DNA from: an uncultured bacterium
GTDB lineage: Bacteria > Krumholzibacteriota > Krumholzibacteriia > JACNKJ01
Length of the DNA stretch: 64,000 bases
Direction: 5' to 3'
NCBI GenBank assembly: GCA_963695095.1
Contig: CAVOFT010000001.1
Location: 2,432,001 to 2,496,000 of the forward strand
Position 1 is the first letter of the stretch. Each line of letters begins with the position of its first letter. This document shows positions 1 through 9,004 of this stretch, piece by piece. Position numbers and translations under genes: made by a program. The notes beneath the pieces were generated by a model, which worked only from the letters and a program-made list of their open reading frames with translations, was not told the DNA's origin and did not search any database.

Positions 1-248
1 TCGCGCGCTTCCTCGACCGTGAGCTCCTGCTCCTCGTTCTCGAGCGCCTCCTCGGTGACGACCTGCATCACCAGGTGGATGTCGATGGCGCCTTGCGGAT
101 CGATGTTCACGTCCACATTGGCCTCGGAGCCGTGCTTGCGGCGCACGGCGGAGCGCAGGCCCATGGCCAGGGTTTCCACGAGCACCTCGCGATCGACCTT
201 GCGTTCGCGAGCAATTTGCTGCAGGGCTTCGAAGAAGCCTTCAGTCAT
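1..248 (-). CDS. nusA: Transcription termination/antitermination factor NusA, N-terminal part (runs off window start)
   Basis: Manual translation from ATG at 248 gives MTEGFFEALQQIARERKVDREVLVETLAMGLRSAVRRKHG..., typical of the NusA N-terminus. It overlaps the rimP stop (ATGACTGA), the conserved rimP-nusA order. Confidence 0.92.
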   Translation of the reverse strand, partial: MTEGFFEALQQIARERKVDREVLVETLAMGLRSAVRRKHGSEANVDVNIDPQGAIDIHLVMQVVTEEALENEEQELTVEEAR

Positions 249-747
249 CGTTGTTTTCCTCCCTCAGCGTCGTCGCCCGCTCCCGCCCCAGCGCCAGCGA
301 CGGCAGCACCCGCGCCTTGCCGATCGCCGCCCAGGGCAGGACCAGCGCGCCGGGGGCCGTCTCGAGGCGGATGCCCTCGGCGTCCACCGCGCCCAGCAGC
401 CCCTCGAGCACGGGGTTCTCGCCCGGGGCGAGGCCGCCCTCGACCCGCGTCAGCCGGATCCGCTCGCCCAGGGCCAGTTCGTAGTGGCGAGGCGTGGACA
501 GTGGCCGATCGAGACCGGGCGAGGACACCTCGAGGACATAGCTGCCGGCCACGGCATCGGCCGCCTCGAGGGCGGCGCCGAGGCGGCGGCTGACCCGAGC
601 GCAGTCGTCCAGACCTACGCCGCCGGCGGCGTAGAGGACGATCTGGAGCACGCGGCGGCGGCTGCCCGGCCGCAGTTGCCAACTATAGAGCTCGAAGCCG
701 GCCTGGCGGATCTCCTCCGCCAGGAGCCTCTCCAGGTCCTCGCTCAT
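241..747 (-). CDS. rimP: Ribosome maturation factor RimP
   Basis: Motifs GVGLDDCARVSR and YVLEVSSPGLDRPL; start MSEDLE at 747. Confidence 0.95.
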   Translation of the reverse strand: MSEDLERLLAEEIRQAGFELYSWQLRPGSRRRVLQIVLYAAGGVGLDDCARVSRRLGAALEAADAVAGSYVLEVSSPGLDRPLSTPRHYELALGERIRLTRVEGGLAPGENPVLEGLLGAVDAEGIRLETAPGALVLPWAAIGKARVLPSLALGRERATTLREENNDD

Positions 748-778
748 GACCGCAGCCTTCCCAGGGGAGCGCGCAAAG

Positions 779-804
779 AAAAAAGTGGGCTGTGCCACCC
801 ACTT
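779..804 (-). promoter_or_regulatory. rimP leader hairpin (terminator-like)
   Basis: Minus strand AAGTGGG-TGGCACAG-CCCACTT-TTTT between the promoter and rimP, the shape of the known rimP leader. Confidence 0.7.
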
Positions 805-812
805 GCCCGCAT

Positions 813-841
813 ACCATAGTACGGATCGGATGCTGCCGCAA
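813..841 (-). promoter_or_regulatory. Putative sigma70 promoter of rimP-nusA
   Basis: TTGCGG-17 nt-TATGGT on the minus strand, just upstream of the leader hairpin. Confidence 0.55.
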
Positions 842-870
842 GGACTTAATTTCGTCCCCGCGGCCCCGCG

Positions 871-3800
871 CTAGAAGACGAAAGTCGTCCGCAAGTCCAG
901 GCGCAGACGGCTGGTGACGTTGTCCCGGATGTCATCGCTGCTGCGGCTATAGGTGATGGCCAAGCTGCCGCGCAACTTCTCCGAGAACTGGTAGCTCGCC
1001 CCGGGGCTGAAGCTGATCGTGCGCGACCCGCCCAGGGGGGTCTCGAAGCCGCCGGAGTCGATGCGGACGTTGCGAATCCGCGTGTAGCCCAGCTTGGTGT
1101 TCAGGTCCATGCGGCTCGAGAAGCGGATGCGCCTGAGGCCCGGGATGCCGATGCCGTTCGGCGCCGAGAGGTTGTAGTTCCAGGTGGCGTCCAGCTTCAG
1201 GTTGCTGTTCTTGGTGCGACTGGTGTTCTCGATCGAGGCGGCGGTCGAGTAGCTGCCCGTCAGCGTGGTCTGCATCTTGTTCGACCAGGTCGAGCTCCAG
1301 CGCGGCGTCCAGTTGCTGCTCTCGTCGCGGTTCTCGCTGCCCTGGATCCGATTCTCGGTGATGCGCCGCTGCCTCGAGTAGCCGAAGCCCAGCGAGCTGG
1401 ACTCGAAGAGGTTTCCCCACAGCGGCCACTTCTCGACGCCACCGAGGTCGATGTTGAAGCTCGGCCACTTGCGATTGGTGTCCACCGTGTTGCTGCCGCC
1501 CATCCGGCGATTGGCCCGCGTGATCTCGAAACCGGTCGTCACCTGCAGATTCTGGGCGATGGTGACACCGGTGGCCAGGCGCAGGTCGCGCGACTCATCG
1601 AAGAGATCGGGGCTCTTGTGGGGCACGGCCTGGCCGCCGGCAGTGCCGGCCAGTTCGGGATCCTCGCTGAAGCCGAGCCGGTAGAGCAGGGTCGGCGCGC
1701 CGCGCACGTTGTCGTAGCGCGTGTTGACGCGCCGGCTGACATCCACCTTGAGCGGCTTGAGGCCGGCCAGCACCCCCAGGCTCTTGTAGACGATGAGCAT
1801 CGGATCGACGCCGGCGCTCACGCTATCGGCGGCGACGGTCGCCTCCGGTGCGCCCAGCTCGAGGCGATCCTCGATGAATCGGCGCGAACTGCGGCGGCGC
1901 ATGCGCGGATCGGGCCCGCGCAGCGGATCGACCGGCACCAGGAGCCGTTGCGCGCGGTGGCGCGGCGAGTCGGTCTCCTCGCCCAGCCCCCCGCCCGGGC
2001 CTGCCGACCGGTCGCCCGGCGCCGTGCCGCCCGGCCGCGTGGGCGTCCGCGCCGTGCCCTGCCGCTCGCGCAGGGCCTTGAGGCCATCCCCGCCGAGGGC
2101 CTCGAACCAGCGGCCGACCTGGAAGTTGTAGCCCGTCGACAGCGCGTTACCGTTGCTGAGATTGCGGCTGCCCGCCGGCAGGCTGACCGAGGCGAGATTG
2201 CTCGCCTGCGCCGACTGGTTGTAGTTGCTCGTGAAGGCGAGAGCCGGCCGAAAGCGGCGAATGAACGGCACCGTGTAGTCGATGCGCAGGCCCTGGCCCT
2301 GGCTGTTCTGGTAGCCGATGTTGAAGGCCCGGCCGAAGAGCTTGAGCGCATCGGCCTCCTCGTGCTCGAGATCCCGAGAGTCGGAGATGCTGAAGTCGGT
2401 CTTCAGCGACTCGAGGAATTGCCAATTGAGGCCGGCGCTGTTGACGAGCTGGCCCGAGCGCGAGGTCGGATTCGCCGCGAAGCGGGTGCCGCTGGCCTTC
2501 CAGCTCTCCGCGCGGCTGCGGGTGACATCGGACTTGAGCCTGAGGCTGCTGGGTACCCAGCGCAACCGGCTGCCGCCGAAGAGCGGCAACCGGCGATCCT
2601 TGAATTGCGTGTCGTAGCTCGCGCTGTAGGCGAGTTGCTCCTGCAGCTCCAGGCGCAGCGGGGTGTTGCTGCGGCGCTGGGTAACGGAGCCGGAGAGCTT
2701 GAGCTTGTCCAGCAGGGTCCGGCCGAACCAGTGCGTGGAGGGCGTGCGGCTGAGGCTGCCGGAGACGCTCTGGCGCACGCTGGTGCTCTTCTCCTCCTCC
2801 TGCCGCGCGGGATCCAGTTCGACGTCGCTGCTGAGCTGGTACTTGGGCAGGCTGAGTGTGCGCCCGTAGCTGGCGTTGATCGGCAGCTTGTAGCCGCCCA
2901 GCGGCACGAAGTGCTGCAGCGCGCTGCCCGCCGTCAGGGTCCAGTTGCGGGTATGGGCGCCCTGGCCGGCGGCGGAGCGCAGCGCCCGGAACTCCGCATC
3001 CTGCTCCTGATAATTCACACCGAGGTTGAGGATGCCGGCCACGTTGACCGATCCGCTCACCTTGGCGGCGTAGCCGGTAGCGCGCTTGACCTCCTTGACG
3101 CGCAGGTCGTTCACCCAGGTCTCGCCGTCGAGCGGGGCATTCGCCTCGCCGTTGGCGACGCCGAAGTAGAAGGCGCGGATGCGGCTGAGATCCGGATTGC
3201 GCACGCGCGTCAGCGTGTAGGAACGATCCGGCACGTTGAGATCGACTGCCGTCACGCTCACCGTGTCGGCATCGCTGATCAGCTTCAAGTCCGTCCAGTC
3301 CTGGAGCTGGAACTCCACCTCCGTCCAGCCGGTGGTCGCGGGCCGGTAGCGCCACTCGTAGTAGGTGATGCTGTCCTGCGCTGCGCGCAGGAACAGATCG
3401 TGACCGGCAGTGGCGGCGTCGGCGTGAATGTAGAAGCTGAGCGTGCGATAGCCGGTGAGGTTGAGCGAGCTGTAGTCCTTGCGAATGAGCGCCTGGTGGC
3501 CCGGCTGCAGGTTCTCGTAGACCACGTTGAGGGCCTGCTCCCGCTCGGGCAGGCCGGTGTCCGGGTCGATCTTCTCGCCGAAGGGCCAGGTGAAGTTGGC
3601 GTTGTCCTTGGTGTTGATCACCTCGACGCGCAGGTCCTCCCCCGCCGAGAGCATGGCCGGCGGCAGGGTCATCCCCGTGGCGACGGACTGGATGCCGTGC
3701 GACTTCCAGCGGTTGCCCACCAGCTTGATGCTCGCGATCTCAAGCCGATTGGAGGGCCGACTCGGATTCTGGCCGGGAGCATTGAGCCCCTCCCACCAGA

Positions 3801-6800
3801 AGCGGAAGTACTTGATGCGCGTCCAGTCGGGCTCGCCCAGGCCGTCGCTGGCGACGCGGGCGTCGGCGAGATTGAGGCGATACAGGCGCCAGGCCTTGCT
3901 GCCGGCGGGCGGGGCGCCGGTTTCCTCCCGGTAGACGTCCACCATGTCGATGAAGGCGGTATCCGCCAGCTCCACGGCGAGAGTGAAGTAGCTGTTCGTC
4001 TCATCGAGATCGCCGTCGCCGTTGAGGTCTTCCGTGTCCAAGCGCTTGTTGCCCTCGGTGCCGTTCACCTTGAAGTAGGAGCCGGCGTAGGCCTCGGTCA
4101 GCAGCGCGGGCTCGTAGTCGTCGCCGGCCGGGTCGTTCGGCGTGCGGTAAGGCGAGGGGTAGACCGGATCGACGCTTTCGGCGCTGCTGGGGCGGCCATC
4201 GAGGCCGATGTCCTCCTGATTGACATCGAAGATGCCGATGCCTTCCCGATCCTCGGTGTCGAACTCGCCCAGCTCGGGATTCCAGAAGTCCTCGTTGAGC
4301 AAGCCGAGGTCGAAGTGCAGCCGTCCCTTGCGATGGACGTCCTCCTGCTGGAAGTCGTTCACCCAGATCTCGAGGTACTCGGCCTCGCTGAGGTCGAGGC
4401 CCTGGCCACTGAAGCCGCGCATGAGGCCCGCCCACAGGCTATCGCCCTGGGCGCGATTGTAGGCGTCGGTCGCAGCGAGCTGACCGTAGGCGGCGAGCTG
4501 AGCGTCGCCCAGGCTGACTGGGACGGAGAGCTGGAGCACCTCCACCACCTCCTGCGCCTCCTGCTCGGCCAGGTGGAGGTTGAAGTCCTCGCGGCGCGTG
4601 GTGCTCTGGGGATGGTACCAGTAGGTCCCGCGCGCGCGGCCGCGGGGCCCGGCGGCGATGTCGGCGCCGCCGAGCACGCGGATCACGTCCAGGGGTTCGC
4701 TCGCCGGCAACCACTGGGTGCGGTGGATGCTGAGCTCGTCGGCATCCTCGGCGCCTTCCATGTCGTCGACGAAGGCTTGATCGTCGATGTTGGGGTTGGG
4801 AAAGCTCACCGCCAACTCGCTCGACAGGCTCGCCGTGCTGAGCGCATCGGTGTCGAGCAAGGGCAACCAGTTGGCCATCGTCGTCAGGAACTGCGGATTC
4901 GCCGTGAAGTTGCCGAGCAGGTTGCCCACCACATTGCGCGTGGACTCCTCGCCCAGCCGCGGCCGCCGGGTGCCGCTGTGCTTGGACTCGTAGAGCCAGG
5001 AGCTGGCCAGGCTGCTCTTGGCGCCGAGGTGGTAGGTGCCGTGCAGGCCGAGCAGGTTGCTCTGCCCGCCGCCGATGAGGGGACGATACTGGTAGCTGAC
5101 CTGCAGATTGCTGCTCGGCGTCAGACGGTTGGCCGCCTCGCCGAGCAGCTCCACTTCTCCCGAGAAGTAGTCGATGCTGTAGTCCGTACCCTTGGCAAGC
5201 GTGGTGCCGTCGAGCGTGACCACCTCGCTGCCCTCGAGGATGTTGAAGGCATTCAGGTTGAAGCGGCTGGCCACGGTGGCGCTCTCGTAGCGGATCAGGT
5301 ACTTCGCGTAGAGCGAGGGGTTCTTGAGCACGGTTTCCCGGGCCGTCGCGTAGATGACGGCATTGCGGTCGGCGCCGATCAAATCCTCGTAGTCGCCGGT
5401 AGCGGTGTTCAGCGTCCAGGCGTGCACCAGCGTGTCCGGCGGATTGAAGGGCCGGTAGTAGGGGAAGATGAGCAAGCCCTCGCCGATGTCCACGCGCGGC
5501 CAGTCGATGCGGCCGTCCGGGTCATAGCCCGTCAGGAGCCGGCCGCGATGCTGGTCGAGGCCGAAGAAGCGCAGATAGGGCGTGTTGCTGCCCGCCGGAT
5601 AGCCGGGATCTTCGGTCGTGCTGATGCGCTCCACGCTGACCACGAGGCTGGCGAAGTCGATGTCGCGCCCGCCCAGCGAGTAGACGTTGCGCAGCATGTA
5701 GTCCCAGGTCGGGCTGTCGGGGCGGTAGGGATCGGGCTTGATCAGCTCCAGGGCGAGCGTGTCCGCGTTGGAATCCCAGTAGGTCAGCTTGCCCAGGGTG
5801 TTGTCGCCGACGGCGTGCGGTACGCTGGGGTTGGCCGCTTCGCGGGCGGTGTAGCTGACGGCGAGCACCTCCGTCTCCGCGATCGGATAGTTGAGCTGCA
5901 GCACGTAGAAGTTCTGGTTGGCGTCCAGGCGCCAGGTGAAATCGGAGTCCTTGAGCAGCTTGAAGGCCTGGACGGTCGGCGCCTGGCTGAGCTTGTCGTC
6001 GGCCAGGCCATTGCCCAGGGTGTCCACATAGGCGCGGCCTTTGTAGTAGCGCCCCGCGTCGGGAGAGTTGGCGTTGGGGGCCGTGCCCGTGCTGACGAAG
6101 ACCTGCAAGGTGGCCTCGTCGACCAACCAGCCGTAGAAGGCGCCGTCGTTGCCGGGAGCGGTGTCGAGGAGAACGCGCGGATCATCGAGGAAGAAGAAGC
6201 GGTTGGCGATGAAATCGGTGTCGCGCTTGAAGTCGGCCTCGATGTCCTGGCCGGTGTTGTTGAAGCTGCGGCTGGACAGCTCGCCCTCCTGCTTGGAGGC
6301 GATGGCGGTGAAGTCCAGCGCGCCCAGGTGCCCCTGCATCTTGACCCCGAACAGGCCCTTGTTCTGGGTCGAGTAGCTGACGAGGCCGGAGCTGGGCAGG
6401 CTGAGCTGGGTGTCGCCCATCTCGATCAACTCGACGACCTCATCCTCGTCGCCCTCGTAGCGGATGCGGATGCGGTTGGCGTCCTCGCCGACGGCGAGGC
6501 TGTTGTTCTCCACCTCGACGTGCACCTTCTCGCCGACGGTGCCGTTCAGCTTGACCTGCAGTTCCTGCTTCATCTCGAGCCGGGGGAAGAGCGGCTGCCC
6601 CCGCCCGGATTCGTCCGTGATGAAGTTGCTGTTGCGCGTCGTCTCGCCGCTGAAGGAGATGGTCTCCCGCCCGGTGACGGTGATGTTGCTCTTGTCGCCG
6701 CGGCCGACGACGCGCTCGACGCTCTTGGGCAGGGCCAGCGGAATGTTGATGTCGATCAGCGAACCGCGCGCCTCCTCCTGGGTCAGCTCGCGGGCCGTCG

Positions 6801-7296
6801 TGGCCGCCTGCTCGTGCAGCAGGGCCAGGCGGCGGCGGGCCAGCTCGCGGCCGAAGTAGTCGTCCCAGGAGATGAGCTCGCGCTGGACGACGGCCGGCCA
6901 GGCCGCGGCCAGACCGTTGCCGTAGCGGTCCTCCGCGGCGGCCAGCGGCCGCATCTGGCCGAGGATCGCCGGCCGCCGCAGCCACAGCACGAGGCCCGTC
7001 TCGGGCAGCACGCGCAGCTCGTCCTGCCAGTAGCTCGCGCTACCCCGCAGGGCGACCGCCGGCGGCAGCCAGTGGCCGGCATGGAGGCCCGGCACCCAGC
7101 CCTCGCGCGCGTAGCGCTGGGCGGACAGATACTGGGCGTAGGGACTGTAGGCCGGCAGGGAGGGGGCAGGCAGCAGATCGGCCCGGGCGCACTCGGCGCC
7201 GCCAAGGAAGAGCCCGCTCGCGAGGAGCAGGCAGAGGGCGAGCAGGCGGCGCGTGAACCTGGTCAAGGGGCGAGCGGCTCTCTCGGTCGTCGTCAT
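871..7296 (-). CDS. sprA: SprA/Sov-like large outer-membrane beta-barrel (type IX secretion translocon family)
   Basis: About 2140 aa with an N-terminal signal peptide. SprA-like segments: YEGDEDEVVELIEMGDTQLSLP...GLFGVKMQGHLG, WDYMLRNVY, EGSEVVTLDG..L.KGTDYSIDYFSG, LDTEDLNGDG, GETWVNDLR. C-terminal amphipathic strands end in Phe. Confidence 0.85.
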   Translation of the reverse strand: MTTTERAARPLTRFTRRLLALCLLLASGLFLGGAECARADLLPAPSLPAYSPYAQYLSAQRYAREGWVPGLHAGHWLPPAVALRGSASYWQDELRVLPETGLVLWLRRPAILGQMRPLAAAEDRYGNGLAAAWPAVVQRELISWDDYFGRELARRRLALLHEQAATTARELTQEEARGSLIDINIPLALPKSVERVVGRGDKSNITVTGRETISFSGETTRNSNFITDESGRGQPLFPRLEMKQELQVKLNGTVGEKVHVEVENNSLAVGEDANRIRIRYEGDEDEVVELIEMGDTQLSLPSSGLVSYSTQNKGLFGVKMQGHLGALDFTAIASKQEGELSSRSFNNTGQDIEADFKRDTDFIANRFFFLDDPRVLLDTAPGNDGAFYGWLVDEATLQVFVSTGTAPNANSPDAGRYYKGRAYVDTLGNGLADDKLSQAPTVQAFKLLKDSDFTWRLDANQNFYVLQLNYPIAETEVLAVSYTAREAANPSVPHAVGDNTLGKLTYWDSNADTLALELIKPDPYRPDSPTWDYMLRNVYSLGGRDIDFASLVVSVERISTTEDPGYPAGSNTPYLRFFGLDQHRGRLLTGYDPDGRIDWPRVDIGEGLLIFPYYRPFNPPDTLVHAWTLNTATGDYEDLIGADRNAVIYATARETVLKNPSLYAKYLIRYESATVASRFNLNAFNILEGSEVVTLDGTTLAKGTDYSIDYFSGEVELLGEAANRLTPSSNLQVSYQYRPLIGGGQSNLLGLHGTYHLGAKSSLASSWLYESKHSGTRRPRLGEESTRNVVGNLLGNFTANPQFLTTMANWLPLLDTDALSTASLSSELAVSFPNPNIDDQAFVDDMEGAEDADELSIHRTQWLPASEPLDVIRVLGGADIAAGPRGRARGTYWYHPQSTTRREDFNLHLAEQEAQEVVEVLQLSVPVSLGDAQLAAYGQLAATDAYNRAQGDSLWAGLMRGFSGQGLDLSEAEYLEIWVNDFQQEDVHRKGRLHFDLGLLNEDFWNPELGEFDTEDREGIGIFDVNQEDIGLDGRPSSAESVDPVYPSPYRTPNDPAGDDYEPALLTEAYAGSYFKVNGTEGNKRLDTEDLNGDGDLDETNSYFTLAVELADTAFIDMVDVYREETGAPPAGSKAWRLYRLNLADARVASDGLGEPDWTRIKYFRFWWEGLNAPGQNPSRPSNRLEIASIKLVGNRWKSHGIQSVATGMTLPPAMLSAGEDLRVEVINTKDNANFTWPFGEKIDPDTGLPEREQALNVVYENLQPGHQALIRKDYSSLNLTGYRTLSFYIHADAATAGHDLFLRAAQDSITYYEWRYRPATTGWTEVEFQLQDWTDLKLISDADTVSVTAVDLNVPDRSYTLTRVRNPDLSRIRAFYFGVANGEANAPLDGETWVNDLRVKEVKRATGYAAKVSGSVNVAGILNLGVNYQEQDAEFRALRSAAGQGAHTRNWTLTAGSALQHFVPLGGYKLPINASYGRTLSLPKYQLSSDVELDPARQEEEKSTSVRQSVSGSLSRTPSTHWFGRTLLDKLKLSGSVTQRRSNTPLRLELQEQLAYSASYDTQFKDRRLPLFGGSRLRWVPSSLRLKSDVTRSRAESWKASGTRFAANPTSRSGQLVNSAGLNWQFLESLKTDFSISDSRDLEHEEADALKLFGRAFNIGYQNSQGQGLRIDYTVPFIRRFRPALAFTSNYNQSAQASNLASVSLPAGSRNLSNGNALSTGYNFQVGRWFEALGGDGLKALRERQGTARTPTRPGGTAPGDRSAGPGGGLGEETDSPRHRAQRLLVPVDPLRGPDPRMRRRSSRRFIEDRLELGAPEATVAADSVSAGVDPMLIVYKSLGVLAGLKPLKVDVSRRVNTRYDNVRGAPTLLYRLGFSEDPELAGTAGGQAVPHKSPDLFDESRDLRLATGVTIAQNLQVTTGFEITRANRRMGGSNTVDTNRKWPSFNIDLGGVEKWPLWGNLFESSSLGFGYSRQRRITENRIQGSENRDESSNWTPRWSSTWSNKMQTTLTGSYSTAASIENTSRTKNSNLKLDATWNYNLSAPNGIGIPGLRRIRFSSRMDLNTKLGYTRIRNVRIDSGGFETPLGGSRTISFSPGASYQFSEKLRGSLAITYSRSSDDIRDNVTSRLRLDLRTTFVF

Positions 7297-7585
7297 CGAT
7301 GGCGAGTCCTCGGCTGGCCGGGTCGCCGCGCGGGCGCGACCCGCGGCCCGATCGCCGCGGACAGGGGCGCACTGTCCCCCTGCAGGGACAGCCCGGTCCA
7401 CGAAACTGGACAGGGGCCCTTCCACTCCGACTGCCCTCCCTGGCTTGCTCCTCCGCGAGGGCCGACGCCTTCAGTGGAGGGACTGGAACCGGCAGCGGGT
7501 GCGGTCCATTCTTCGCTTGTCGGGGAGCGCAGGGGTACTTACACTCGCCCTTCCGCTTAAGTCCTTGTCGCTAAAGAGGTACTCG

Positions 7586-9004
7586 GTGAGGCTGGCCGAC
7601 CGCTACATCCTCCGCAACCATCTGGGACCCTTTCTGCTCGGCCTATCGGTCCTGACCTTCGTCTTCGTGATCGATATCCTCTACTCCTTCCTCGAGCTCT
7701 TCCTGGTCAACAAGGTGCCAGCCGCGGTGGTGCTCGAACTGGTCCTGCTCAGCCTCGGTCATATCCTTGCATTGACCATTCCAATGGCCGTCCTGGTCTC
7801 GACCATGATGGCCTTCGCGCAGATGGTGGGCGAGAACGAGATCACGGCCCTGCGCTCGGGCGGCATCTCGCTGTACCGGCTCATCGCCGCCCCCCTGATC
7901 GCGGCGCTGGCGCTGACCGCCGGCATGTTCCTGTTCAACAATTTCGTCCTGCCGGAGACGAACCACCGCCTCAAGAACCTCCTCATGGCCGTCCGCGCGA
8001 AGAAGCCGGCGCTGGACATCAAGCCCGGCCGTTTCATCGAGTCGATCCCCGGCTACACGCTCTACGTCAGCCGCAAGGACGAGGCGAGCGGAGAGCTCGG
8101 CGACCTGCTCATCTTCCAGGAGGAGCGCGGCGCCAGCCCTGTCGTCATCAGCGCGGAGCGGGCCCAGTTCGCCCGCGACGACCGGCAGGATCTGCTCAAG
8201 CTCTCGCTCGCCGAGGGCGAGCAATTCGAGGCCGAGCTGGCCAGCCCCGAGCGCCTGCAGATCACGGTCTTCGAGCGCATGGACATCCTGCTCAGGGACA
8301 TCGATCGCGACCTGCAGCGCCGCGATCTCGAGCACCGCGGTGACCGCGAGATGTCCGTGGCGATGATGGCCGAGCGGGTGGCGAGCAACCAGGAGGAAAT
8401 CGCGCGGCTCGACGCGCGCCTGGCCGGCGAGGCCGACAAGCAGATCGGGCGCCTGCTCACTCTGCTCGATCCCGCCGAGCGCGCCCAGTACCTGGAGCGC
8501 AAGGGGTTGCCGGCCGCGGGCTCCGGGCCCAGCGGCCTTGCCGCCCGCCGCAGCGCCGCGCGCCTGCCGGACGAGGAGAATACCCTGCGCTCCCTGGGCA
8601 ACCTGCAGCTCAGCCGCAGCGCCGTCGAGCGCAAGATCCGGCGCTACGAGGTGGAGATCCACAAGAAGTTCGCCATCCCCTTCGCCTGCCTCGTCTTCAT
8701 CCTGCTCGGCGCGCCCATCGCCATCAAGACCGGGCGCAGCGGCACGGGCTGGGGCATCACCTTCTCGATCGCGCTGTTCACGATCTACTACGTCTTCCTG
8801 GTCGGCGGCGAGGAACTAGCCGACCGGGAGCTGCTCGCGCCCTGGATCGCGATGTGGCTGGCCAATCTGCTGTTGCTCGGCCTGGGCGCCGCGCTGCTCG
8901 TGCAGACCAATCGCGAGTCGCACCCCTACTCGCTGCTGACGCGCCTGGATCTCTGGCGCGACCGGCGGCGCCAGGCCCAGGCGGCAAGGCGGCGCCGGGT
9001 ATGA
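7586..9004 (+). CDS. lptF: LPS export ABC transporter permease LptF (YjgP/YjgQ family)
   Basis: GTG start after AAGAGG. Motifs DRYILR, NEITALRSGGISL, EIHKKFAIPFAC; six TM segments. Paired with an lptG-like gene. Confidence 0.88.
   Translation: MRLADRYILRNHLGPFLLGLSVLTFVFVIDILYSFLELFLVNKVPAAVVLELVLLSLGHILALTIPMAVLVSTMMAFAQMVGENEITALRSGGISLYRLIAAPLIAALALTAGMFLFNNFVLPETNHRLKNLLMAVRAKKPALDIKPGRFIESIPGYTLYVSRKDEASGELGDLLIFQEERGASPVVISAERAQFARDDRQDLLKLSLAEGEQFEAELASPERLQITVFERMDILLRDIDRDLQRRDLEHRGDREMSVAMMAERVASNQEEIARLDARLAGEADKQIGRLLTLLDPAERAQYLERKGLPAAGSGPSGLAARRSAARLPDEENTLRSLGNLQLSRSAVERKIRRYEVEIHKKFAIPFACLVFILLGAPIAIKTGRSGTGWGITFSIALFTIYYVFLVGGEELADRELLAPWIAMWLANLLLLGLGAALLVQTNRESHPYSLLTRLDLWRDRRRQAQAARRRRV

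Noticed and set aside
1618..7560. 1980-aa plus-strand ORF and many other long antisense or alternate-frame ORFs (e.g. 16986-19463, 30156-32687, 45527-47788)
   Set aside because: They are shadows of real genes caused by high-GC codon bias, with no recognisable motifs.
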